From: a virus
IMG/VR virus record: IMGVR_UViG_3300023440_000001
Span: 1-64,000 of that record
Length of the DNA stretch: 64,000 nt
Reading direction: 5' to 3' (one strand)
In this document: positions 10,701-17,730 of the stretch, one piece after another
How positions within the stretch are numbered: the stretch's first letter is position 1
Layout: every line of letters begins with the position of its first letter
The notes under the pieces: model-generated
Told to the model about the DNA's origin: nothing
The model's input: the letters and a program-made list of their open reading frames with translations, nothing else
Database searches by the model: none
Translations under genes and position numbers: made by a program

Positions 10701-12853
10701 ACTTCCGGACGCAAAATAACCTTGGCTTCTTTGTTGATGGTATACAGTGCTGCATCTACATGCTCGAGGTAGGTACTCAGATCGTTAATTAGACCATTGC
10801 GCTGATAGAAATCGAAGTCGTAGCCATACTTGCGAGCAAAACTGCGTTGCCCGAACAGTCGTCGCATATTGTACGGGCCAATTCGTGTCTTCAGATGTTC
10901 CCAGGCACTGGGAGACGCCGTGTCAGCACCAAACAGATCAAGCTGCTCATAAAGATAACGACGTATCTTCCCAATGATACCCTTTGATCTTTTGATCTCC
11001 GGAGGCGTACCAATATCAAGTAACTGGTCGTATTTCTTGGCAAGGATGGAGTAGAGCTTGCTCTGTCCTTCCAGTGGTATGGCTGTTAGACGATGATCGG
11101 TAATGGGAATATAACGGCCAGCATTGCGATCGAGAACAAACAACTGATGGCCTTTGTGTTTGGGACTGTAGACCAGAACACCCACACCCGGCACATCAGC
11201 CCCCTTATACTCAGATCCCATTCCCTTACTGCCACGGAATCGAAAGAGCGGTCCTTTAAAACGGTATTCTTCATTGGTGATTGCAGAGGTGGGAATGATC
11301 TTATGTCCACTCAGAATGGTTACTTTGGGCTGCTGGTGTTCTAGTAGCTGGAATTGAAACAGGCCAAGTGTATCAAAACGTCTGCCAAAGGAAAGCATTC
11401 GCCGCGTCCAGTAAATAGCCCGTCCCAGAACTTCTCGTGGAGATATACCACTCAGATTGACCAGTTTCTTACGGATTGGATCATAGTATATATTCTCACC
11501 ATACAGAAAGTTCAGATGATCCGTCTTGTTACGACCCAGTATTAGCTGAGTCGCTGATCGGCGTATGTGACGTGCTTCCCTCCCGGCAAACCGACGGTTG
11601 TACTCCCTGGCGGTAGCAAGTAGCTGGTCATATATCTGATCGTATAAGTCTTTATTGACTTCCTTAACGTGTCGTAATCGTGCCGGAACCAGCCCTAACA
11701 ATCTGGGCAGAAAGCCCTGCTGCTTTGGTTTTACGGCAACCCGATAGAGATTCTCTGTCAGTTCACTGCCCAGTTTCTGATGTTGTTGGTCTATACTGCT
11801 CAGTACTTGAAATAAAGGAGCTGACTCGTAACCTTCGGTACCCTGGATGAACTGGCGATGAACGGTACTAATGGGCAGGTTACGGCGAATATCCCTGCGT
11901 GCTGCCCGATAACGATCCCGGAAGAGACGGTAGCGAGCAACCAGGGTTTCAACCGGATTCTTGTTCAGTCGGTATTTGGACAGACGTTGATTATCACGGA
12001 TCAGAAACACACCGTACCCGGACTCCCCGCCGGTCTGACGCCAGGCGTATTTATAGGCACTGCCGACACGATGGAGAAATGCTTCCCCACGATCCATGTA
12101 CATAGCAGCCCTTTGCAGTGCCGTCTGGATGAATTCGCCGGTGGGTGAAGCCTTCAGAGCACCTCTGGTTTTCAACTGAAACAGTTCCCGGGCAGCTGGT
12201 GCAAAGTGTATGGCCAGTCGGCCGGGAATATCAAAGGCCATATAAGAAGGCAGCCACTTGGCAAAACGGATGGCGTGTCCGGGCAGGTTCCACCAGGCCG
12301 GTCGTTCATCTTTCTGCCGTTCGCGTGGATCACGATTGAAGATACCAATTGCCTGTTCACCGATATAGAATAGAGGTGCTTCATAGGCCAAAGACTTACC
12401 ATATTCGGCAAAAGCACTCTTCAACAGGTTAACTCTGTCGGGTTGATCCATGCGCCGGAAATCACGGATCATTGCCAGAGTACGGAACCGGCGATCTTTA
12501 TAGTGGGACATGAACTCCTGCGCCGGTCGGGATGCTTCCTCCCAGCGACGGGCAAGCCGGCTGATGGATCCAACATTGGTTTCCTGAAGTAACTGCCAGA
12601 GACCTTTTTCCGGTGCTTTAACAGATGCCTTGCGTAACGTTTGCAGGGCAACGGACTTGATTTCAGAAGACTCGCGCAGTGTCTTCAGGGCAAAAGACTC
12701 CAACCGGCGTAGACCGGCAGTGGCCAGACCATGATAAGCACCCCAGGCAATAAACGATAGCGCTACGCTACCGACTAGCTTCTTCAGTGTATCATGACCC
12801 TGTCCTTCAACACCACCGTGATACTGCTGGATCAGTTCGTCCCTATCTGCCAT
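4730..12853 (-). CDS. Giant polyvalent virion protein (2707 aa) in the tape-measure position, with hydrophobic segments, an intein, a PD-(D/E)XK (Cas4/RecB-like) nuclease and an HExxH domain
   Basis: Follows the chaperone-like genes; Gly-rich hydrophobic stretches; GTRTH..GYVD..PIEIKT..QLNVY nuclease motifs (~7400-7150); HERSH at 5842-5828. Confidence 0.75.
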   Translation of the reverse strand: MADRDELIQQYHGGVEGQGHDTLKKLVGSVALSFIAWGAYHGLATAGLRRLESFALKTLRESSEIKSVALQTLRKASVKAPEKGLWQLLQETNVGSISRLARRWEEASRPAQEFMSHYKDRRFRTLAMIRDFRRMDQPDRVNLLKSAFAEYGKSLAYEAPLFYIGEQAIGIFNRDPRERQKDERPAWWNLPGHAIRFAKWLPSYMAFDIPGRLAIHFAPAARELFQLKTRGALKASPTGEFIQTALQRAAMYMDRGEAFLHRVGSAYKYAWRQTGGESGYGVFLIRDNQRLSKYRLNKNPVETLVARYRLFRDRYRAARRDIRRNLPISTVHRQFIQGTEGYESAPLFQVLSSIDQQHQKLGSELTENLYRVAVKPKQQGFLPRLLGLVPARLRHVKEVNKDLYDQIYDQLLATAREYNRRFAGREARHIRRSATQLILGRNKTDHLNFLYGENIYYDPIRKKLVNLSGISPREVLGRAIYWTRRMLSFGRRFDTLGLFQFQLLEHQQPKVTILSGHKIIPTSAITNEEYRFKGPLFRFRGSKGMGSEYKGADVPGVGVLVYSPKHKGHQLFVLDRNAGRYIPITDHRLTAIPLEGQSKLYSILAKKYDQLLDIGTPPEIKRSKGIIGKIRRYLYEQLDLFGADTASPSAWEHLKTRIGPYNMRRLFGQRSFARKYGYDFDFYQRNGLINDLSTYLEHVDAALYTINKEAKVILRPEVFKELFKPLQLTKSDPDIKFIEAIQGKHADILANAEDAYEAVKLLFKTLDKGSLKIAEATPEFRSIARAINELQSKELGGLRNELYNPIGEPLADRFRRFLVNYRLTSIASNVPQELTYDVANDRALATRLINAVGNLVGSTATRRDKAFVQMLFTQARFRNITSQDTIRQIAEVEQNYEKLSQLLGVLKQADDAGVLEAFSKEVSWTAKYSPPDNYREQIYGIVQKTYDTDPYLLLHKDKGELFSLAMDYVYDTFGQALDFMGLGFNRARYSHFLPKKVDGKWRGGVAGLMAKRALFFSGVMTAYNALDTFFDVNPMFDGTALDEGLTVAIADQAVNARLLAARIYDIAGITNFAKYMEGLMPKSTSIIPGAAVGFMMGGLPGMLAGAAINRYTQAQLSGGPLSALAILPPVAPFVADLTKSYDELRKIYSGEEEVPYRRGAGWTTGTTPIEGGRIRAWVPNWYVRLKSQYKASPSLYGSKIEEFIFKDLPFLDFSLGDIIAPQYLEKKHYRDRPYVIPSTPFSEVPIVGPLLGVTVGRLYNLLHPFASNKPMHVEEARAVLTADGVSENQRKLWGYGPIYAGAPALGLEGSQQFGQFVSGTMSPYHGEITTPWDTRQLIAEQVYRGFIEPAGLMGFITSAAMWGGNEPYAGEQPVFASADEMDSFRRFYWDENLGDMLLINEGFRRLFPRPRTDYEKVGLIRNEMPSWMPDEFKHSDPYCLTPDSMVEVNGSLVRADAVKPGDLIRTVKGRFYPVKAVAIREVDEEIYVIKIRGLPWEIKVTEEHPFWIDKQWVKARDLTEDMRVTYPLLKISMPDVLHLKKVRGTVNDDVPLTGRIVRLIALLLSSIDRLNSQHFTLSGPCAPEARRLLADLFDVQPSSGIYKVEPLRKLLVRIIEEGLPLNFYGLDLTVFIQFMAVFAHRDETDEYLYFELPTEAITYQAWNILVQHGYVGWIEDRRIYYSRRAARELAMLCGMDINGLPGDPTSWYEYEWNTRFTEYEWLRLEIEYIRRAHYRGPVYGYEVDTDDSFCVPGACTHNTKVPFGELLLPGEGYETARNVRLTFPAGPSQLGYSAYEQALRMIGIRDELTEMEEDILDAGTRTHRIIQEMLTRLNKNTKAETLIYDPYHNIKGYVDILIQSKNTRHGYMPIEIKTIGAQGFKRLHWPKSKHITQLNVYLNILNESKGILLYVNRDDPTQIRTFQVRYDPRLYEETMNRLETARQLAAQYLAQGYGNPAQAYSFLDRAKVLINAAPFSQEFRDTWQILQQQKEAGVLGEAEIRELNKLQRQRRAMMWKWEMYPYRFKFSQILSPDTEYQNFSLNENIKAAAEYTLPERIMGSIWEKFTHLRSPLHSKLFGLYSPEEQYERFVLYGREFKNWAKPYQHWIEPYSRGLRSVDDPIQGAISYGIGGWLFGGPVLASITAPLGVAYGIMHGIYRGITGTRYIPDRFEEMSEMSQYFDRVRFYKAQMMYLATRNPEFLKEMQRTTVGWTISAMSERGMASRSRKQHNPAAQGIGKDQGFGSPWRGIIGVSRKALNFIAKGEINAEAIGTFIPILNATYRDRIVKLLNGEVGQIRLLDKERQALRQWIEEFDDSPMILIANNINAKLSRIKQLIRHERSHQYFHTALMELDPPGFYRKTGMTPALEKRVAGFLKQRGYNTKNDYEFVSEMIAHEFEYNRARLLRSSYEDIRASFKRLFPKLPDEELDKLAGSFTDSVRWGDMAIQFNRIKLNRSEDTMQPLMRRLHTAEAQGLGVDRGFGSPWQGVNHNLALVGGQSNENQDPQDTYGQRMGQAIRALPYWDRPFLFPFLSTPPDEQDNILQMVDAQMRMVLNMAWNRRRDISKKELDLTRYFQDHYLPSMMEPVMNPAVNVDDVQMLTAEQAGFDAHDFGLGWMSQEQRIRNSPFNLQAIDINGPSPEPVATDMDSATIKAIIEGALASFGVQNAIIQIRSIPSTSSNSIHLNIDIQRERTNVTRANTIRLFGE
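7580..8539 (-). mobile_element. Intein (320 aa) in the giant virion protein, with an apparently degenerate endonuclease region
   Basis: DPY|CLTPDSMVEV start, block B VTEEHPF, block F VYGYEV, end CTHN|T (+1 Thr). Confidence 0.9.
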
Positions 12854-13416
12854 TATTGTTTCATCCTCAGACGTCGCTTTTCAGCTTCGATTGCAGCTCT
12901 CAGTTGCTCACCATGCGGATCGGCGGCTGCCGTACCGGGAGTAAAGACGTTCTGGCCAATGATGATTTCAATCAACGCCGCCAGTCGCATCAGTTTCTCC
13001 ATGGGTGTGTGAAGTAGCTGCATCAAATCAATAGACTGATAGTGATTGGCAATTGCTACAGCCAGTGCAAAAGCAGCATTCTCCCTGGATACTTTCTGCG
13101 CCCACTGACGGTATTCATCCATCTGAAAGTTACCCTGTGCATCTATGGGCAGACTGGCTTCCATAATAGCATTTCCCAGGGCAAATTCAGTACCGGCCAG
13201 CTCAAACCGGGGATTCTCCGGATGGAGTACGGCCTTCCGACAGATTGCATGATACCAGTCCTTCTCCGGTAGAGCTTTCTCCAGTTCCTGAAAGGCCTGA
13301 ATCTCCCATGGCGTAAGACTGCGAAAGTACACCATCTGTCCTTCCAGTTCCAGGGAGTGTATGGTCCCGTAAACCTCTTTCCAGTCTAACAGTTGTTTCT
13401 CGCTTGGTTGTGTCAT
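12853..13416 (-). CDS. Tail assembly chaperone-like protein
   Basis: WKEVYG..YFRSLTPWE..KAVLHP pattern; lies just upstream of the giant gene; similar to the 13518-13907 product. Confidence 0.55.
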   Translation of the reverse strand: MTQPSEKQLLDWKEVYGTIHSLELEGQMVYFRSLTPWEIQAFQELEKALPEKDWYHAICRKAVLHPENPRFELAGTEFALGNAIMEASLPIDAQGNFQMDEYRQWAQKVSRENAAFALAVAIANHYQSIDLMQLLHTPMEKLMRLAALIEIIIGQNVFTPGTAAADPHGEQLRAAIEAEKRRLRMKQ

Positions 13417-13440
13417 GGTTATCTACTCGTTCTTAATACA

Positions 13441-13474
13441 GAAAAGGCGGAGCCCCTCAAACGGATTCCGCCTT
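13441..13474 (-). terminator. Intrinsic terminator
   Basis: aaggcgga/tccgcctt stem with an A-run on the + strand (U-run on the minus transcript), downstream of 13518. Confidence 0.5.
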
Positions 13475-13517
13475 CGATGATACTGAAAGTTATGACCCAC
13501 AGGTGAGGGTCTCCGGA

Positions 13518-13907
13518 TTACAATTTGACCGGATTGCTGGATGCAATAAATCCAGAAAAGCGCATAATGAACTGTGACAGTGTGGGAATTACACCGGCAC
13601 CTTTGCCATCCCAATCCACACTGTCAAACTCAGGCCATACCAGAAAACGCTTCACAATCTCCTCATCCGCATCCTCTGCCTTTTCCAGAATCTGGTCCTG
13701 AATCATTAGCCGATGCTCTGGACGGGTAATGCGTCGGTAGATGTAGATATCACCGCCAACCTCTACCATCTCCAGATCACCGAACTTATCCTTCAGGGCT
13801 GTGATCTCCTGGTCACTGGGTAATCCTGCCAGTGCGGGAGATACTTCTTCTTCCTGGGTTTGTGGCTGCTCAACAACCTCTTCGGGTTTCATGACTTCTT
13901 CGTTCAT
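13518..13907 (-). CDS. Tail assembly chaperone-like protein
   Basis: LKDKFG..YIYRRITRPEH..FLVWP..GVIPTLSQFIMRFSGF; AGGAG RBS; downstream of tube-like genes. Confidence 0.6.
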   Translation of the reverse strand: MNEEVMKPEEVVEQPQTQEEEVSPALAGLPSDQEITALKDKFGDLEMVEVGGDIYIYRRITRPEHRLMIQDQILEKAEDADEEIVKRFLVWPEFDSVDWDGKGAGVIPTLSQFIMRFSGFIASSNPVKL

Positions 13908-13935
13908 AGAAACACTCCTTTCATTTGGTTCATTA

Positions 13936-13947
13936 TAGTTATGTCAA
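13936..13947 (-). promoter_or_regulatory. Representative copy of the 11-copy motif KTGACATAHCTA (putative late promoter)
   Basis: Copies (lowest coordinate) at 5158, 13936, 17620, 27276, 29156, 31079, 39899, 42687, 51116, 52196 and 53738, all in the same orientation. Confidence 0.75.
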
Positions 13948-13950
13948 TGT

Positions 13951-14748
13951 CTAGGATGGACGTTGCTGGTAGTTTACTTCACCCTGCAGAAGTACATTGT
14001 CTTTTACCTGTCGAGCAATGAATTCATATACTTCACTGACCGGTTCACCGGATGGTGTTACTGCGTGGCTACTACCGGTAAAGTAAACGTCTTCAAGCAG
14101 ATAGGTGGCTGTATACTTCTCCCTGTCACTAAAGTCCAATATGAACTGAACCTGTAAGTCGACCGGAATCGGCATTCCTGACCCGTCATGAGTCAGTTGA
14201 TACAGGTAGAGTGCCTGCTGCAGATCCATACTGATACCTCCCTGGACCAGGTAGTTTCCGGTCATGAGCGTATCCCATTGCTTATTGTTGAAGCTATAGA
14301 CCGGATTATGAGCATGAGATGCCTGCCATTGTATAGTGTTAACATCCAGCGGCAACGGCTCAAACCAGTCATCGCGAAGCAGGTAGACTTCGGCATTGCT
14401 ACCGCAGAAATAGGTATCTCGCAGTACCGGTCGGACCTTCTCTTCCGTATCTGATTCAGCTGAGCCAGTACCCGTATTCTTATTAGTGCTCGATAGAGAC
14501 GGATCCGGCAGGATTACCGTAATGGCATAGGGACCGTTATCTATATTGAATCCGGAGCCATATCCGGGTATGTTGATGATATAGTCGGTCCAGGTATCGG
14601 GAATAATGAAATAGCCGTCTTTATCGACGTTGATGTAACGGCGTTCGGTGGTGGACTGACGGGAAACATCCAGTACCATATTACCCAGACCAATCGGATT
14701 AGACCGGGTAGCATCATCACTGCTGTAGTATATAACGCGTCCCTGCAT
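13951..14748 (-). CDS. Tail tube-like / baseplate hub paralog
   Basis: YFCGSNAEVY..PVYSF..GNYLVQGGI..GEPVSEVYEFIARQV, shared with 15287-16177. Confidence 0.55.
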   Translation of the reverse strand: MQGRVIYYSSDDATRSNPIGLGNMVLDVSRQSTTERRYINVDKDGYFIIPDTWTDYIINIPGYGSGFNIDNGPYAITVILPDPSLSSTNKNTGTGSAESDTEEKVRPVLRDTYFCGSNAEVYLLRDDWFEPLPLDVNTIQWQASHAHNPVYSFNNKQWDTLMTGNYLVQGGISMDLQQALYLYQLTHDGSGMPIPVDLQVQFILDFSDREKYTATYLLEDVYFTGSSHAVTPSGEPVSEVYEFIARQVKDNVLLQGEVNYQQRPS

Positions 14749-15290
14749 TAGCCGGTGAACAGATACTTTAGGATTACACTGGATACCTGGAACACGGTCG
14801 ATCGGAAACTCCGGGAGACCATGTTGCGAATAATCAACGGATCGGTACTAATGCCATTATTGACAGCCATGAAAGGTTCCAGATCCAGCACGTCCGTATC
14901 GGGAATTACCACATGAATGCCGATGTTCTGAAAGATACGCCGATAACGGGATGGATCGGTGGGACTTTTTAACACCTGCTCCTCAAAGTTACGCTGCCGT
15001 ACGGCATGCGTCTTCTGAGTGTTATCACTGTTTATGGCGCTGGCAATGACCGGTATGGCAAATCGCTCTTTATAGATTCCTGATACCCGATACTCTTCCA
15101 TGGCTGGATTCAACTTTACTTCCCCCAGATCGGTCAGATTAAGCGATTTATAGCTGGGAGTATACTGAATCTCACTCTGTACCAATCGCGGATACTGCTG
15201 CTTTATGGTAGAAGAAACAGCATTCGGATCGATAGTAAAGATTATCGGATAGGAGTGGATATAATAGATGATGTCATAGTATTCTTTCAT
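14748..15290 (-). CDS. Hypothetical virion protein
   Basis: 180-aa ORF translationally coupled to both neighbours. Confidence 0.55.
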   Translation of the reverse strand: MKEYYDIIYYIHSYPIIFTIDPNAVSSTIKQQYPRLVQSEIQYTPSYKSLNLTDLGEVKLNPAMEEYRVSGIYKERFAIPVIASAINSDNTQKTHAVRQRNFEEQVLKSPTDPSRYRRIFQNIGIHVVIPDTDVLDLEPFMAVNNGISTDPLIIRNMVSRSFRSTVFQVSSVILKYLFTG

Positions 15291-16177
15291 TGTTCCTCAC
15301 GAAGTGTTGATATGGGCTCCAGCTGACGGGCCAGGAATGTATAGCTCTCCCCTACCGGCTCTCCGGTTGATGTTACAACCTGACCCATTTCGATAATCTG
15401 CGCAGAGCGAATCCGATAGCCGGTATTCACACTGTAGGGATCACTGAAGTCTATGCTATAGAGCAATTCGATATCTATGCGAATTGGTGGAATTGCCTTC
15501 TGATACATGAGATTCATATTATCCGGCGCATAGCTGATGAACTGCCCGTTCCTGTACTGCATGTTATGATGGTCAAACATATAGCTGAAACCGGACTGTA
15601 GACCTTTCTCTATGAACTTCTTCAGAACGAATGAATCCTGCATATTCAGGGTAAAGCTACCCTGAACCAGTACCGAACCGATAGCAATGCCGTCCATATA
15701 TACCGATTTGTAGCCGTATAGTGGCAGTTTGGGATACTGGTAGGTGAAGTTAATGGTAATGATGTCCAGCTCGACCAGTTGCTGACCACCTGGTTTTCCG
15801 ATCACATATACACGCGCATTAGCACCGCTAAAGAGTGGATCCCGGGTAACCGGCGATGTCTGCTCATCAGGTGATTCATCGTTATCGGAACTTGTACCCG
15901 GTGTGGTATCTTTCTCGGCAACAGGTAAGGTTATATCATATGTATAGGTGGTGAGTGACGGATCCGGGCTTAAATAGACTGTCATGTCCTGATAACTTGG
16001 ATGTCTGAATGACATCAGGATCGATGCAGACAGATCCACATTGTAGAGATTATACCTGCCGGAGCTATTGGTTACGGAAGAGACACTCTGGCTACCGTTC
16101 AGAAATTGACAGGTTACCAGTACATTAGCAATCCCATTTCCATCGGTATTCAATACCTGTCCGGATACAGTTGCCAT
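15287..16177 (-). CDS. Carboxypeptidase-regulatory-like beta-sandwich fused to a tail tube-like domain
   Basis: N-terminal VSGQVLNTDGNGIANVLV..TNSSGRY; C-terminal FSGANARVY..PLYGY..VQGSFTLN..GEPVGESYTFLARQL. Confidence 0.6.
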   Translation of the reverse strand: MATVSGQVLNTDGNGIANVLVTCQFLNGSQSVSSVTNSSGRYNLYNVDLSASILMSFRHPSYQDMTVYLSPDPSLTTYTYDITLPVAEKDTTPGTSSDNDESPDEQTSPVTRDPLFSGANARVYVIGKPGGQQLVELDIITINFTYQYPKLPLYGYKSVYMDGIAIGSVLVQGSFTLNMQDSFVLKKFIEKGLQSGFSYMFDHHNMQYRNGQFISYAPDNMNLMYQKAIPPIRIDIELLYSIDFSDPYSVNTGYRIRSAQIIEMGQVVTSTGEPVGESYTFLARQLEPISTLREEQ

Positions 16178-16178
16178 A

Positions 16179-16871
16179 TTACTTGGTGGTTAGTTTATCA
16201 CTCGGGTTTTCATGATAGGGCCAGTACCGCTCTGTCTCCCGACCTTTCGAGATAAAGTCTCGTATGAGCTTACTGCCCAGTGTAAGTACCATCTTATCAT
16301 TGGGTACTTCCATATAGAAGTCTCCCGTCTCGGGATCCGGTCGCAACTCCACGGGCTGCATCAGCGATATATCCCGTGCCAGGTACTGCATGGTGGTTTC
16401 CGGATAGGCTTCATTAACACCCAGTACACCGCCTTCGTCAACAATCTCCACACCGATCAGTTTCATGACTGACATCCGACCGGCTTCATTCATGAACAGT
16501 AGTATCAAGTCGAACGGAGGTAACTGGTCGGTTAAAATAGAGTATGCCGGCAATGCTGCATCCTGGCTGTCATACTGGAAATGCTTGAACAACTCAGCCA
16601 GTGCTGCCGCCTGGAAGTTCACGAATACCAGACTACCAGCAATAGTTCGTGACCCGCGTGTATACCCGGCCGCATAGGTTCTTCCCAGCCGTCGCACGGG
16701 AAACTTCTCCCGGTGAATGGAATAACTTAAGGTATGTGCATTTCCAATATGAATATACTCCGGACCATAGATGGCAATAACCATGATATCCGATCCGGAA
16801 TAAACACTCTGTTCGGCAAATGTCTGACCTTTTTGGAACTGCCGTGAACCGACATTCAGTGCATTGATCAT
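16179..16871 (-). CDS. Tail tube-like protein
   Basis: YSGSDI..LSYSIHREKFPVRRLG..GSRTIAGSL..DQLPPFD; clear paralog of 16933-17568. Confidence 0.65.
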   Translation of the reverse strand: MINALNVGSRQFQKGQTFAEQSVYSGSDIMVIAIYGPEYIHIGNAHTLSYSIHREKFPVRRLGRTYAAGYTRGSRTIAGSLVFVNFQAAALAELFKHFQYDSQDAALPAYSILTDQLPPFDLILLFMNEAGRMSVMKLIGVEIVDEGGVLGVNEAYPETTMQYLARDISLMQPVELRPDPETGDFYMEVPNDKMVLTLGSKLIRDFISKGRETERYWPYHENPSDKLTTK

Positions 16872-16932
16872 ACCGGTGCCTCCGTTAGAAACCGGGCAGG
16901 GGTATTACTGTACCCCTACCCTGCTGTATGGC

Positions 16933-17568
16933 TTAAGTAGTAATGTTGCCGAGACCCTGAAACAGACCATTGTCTTCCAGGTTGATTCCGCGACCTCCCA
17001 GCAGATCAGACCGTCCTTCTTCAGTGTCAGTGAGAGGTTTCCACCATTCGACACCCTGGGCGACAAAGGTGAATTGCGCTTCGGCCACGTTGTCGTCAAC
17101 GGACATACCGGTACCTTCACTGACCAGGTGTACGCCGTAAATACGCATGACCATGGCATTGCCGAATTCGTTCTTGGCTACCAGAGTAATGGTGAAGGGC
17201 GGCAGCTGATCGCTGTAGTTGGGATGGCGTAGCTCGGCATTGATCTCTTCGATCAGGTTGCTATCCTGGGTTACGTCTTCTTTCTTGGCCGCAAAGAGTG
17301 CCTGACGTTTGATATCAAAGAGCGCATCCCGATCCAGGATGGTCATGATTAAACTACCGGCGACACCTCGTTTACCACGGGAGTAGGATAGTACATCCAC
17401 CCGGCCCATGACGAAAACGGGTCGCACTTCACGGTTTACGGATAAGGAAATACCCTGCAGGTTTCCTATCTCAACGTTCTCAAAGTAGGCCTTGATGTCG
17501 CACCCGGAGAACGTGGTCATGGTGCGGGCCAATTCGTTAGACTGAACATTAAATGCTTGTTGAGGCAT
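16933..17568 (-). CDS. Major tail tube protein
   Basis: Directly after the sheath gene; FSGCDI..SVNREVRPV..RGKRGVAGSL..DQLPPFT; start moved to the ATG at 17568 (AGGAG at 17581-17577). Confidence 0.7.
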   Translation of the reverse strand: MPQQAFNVQSNELARTMTTFSGCDIKAYFENVEIGNLQGISLSVNREVRPVFVMGRVDVLSYSRGKRGVAGSLIMTILDRDALFDIKRQALFAAKKEDVTQDSNLIEEINAELRHPNYSDQLPPFTITLVAKNEFGNAMVMRIYGVHLVSEGTGMSVDDNVAEAQFTFVAQGVEWWKPLTDTEEGRSDLLGGRGINLEDNGLFQGLGNITT

Positions 17569-17660
17569 AACGAACACTCCTATAAAAGTGTATTACCAGA
17601 CCCTCATGGGATTCCAGTATAGATATGTCAAAGTAGTCCGTGCGTGTCGTCTCGATATTA

Positions 17661-17689
17661 TAAAAAGGCCCCCGGGAGGTGCGGGGGCC
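17661..17689 (-). terminator. Intrinsic terminator after the sheath gene
   Basis: ggccccc/gggggcc stem preceded by aaaaa on the + strand. Confidence 0.65.
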
Positions 17690-17730
17690 ATTGAGGTTAT
17701 GTGGCAGGGCATTGATGAGGAAGGATACTG

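Noticed and set aside
13416-13520. Programmed frameshift joining the two chaperone genes
   Set aside because: They are separated by ~100 nt with a terminator-like hairpin, and no slippery site is evident.
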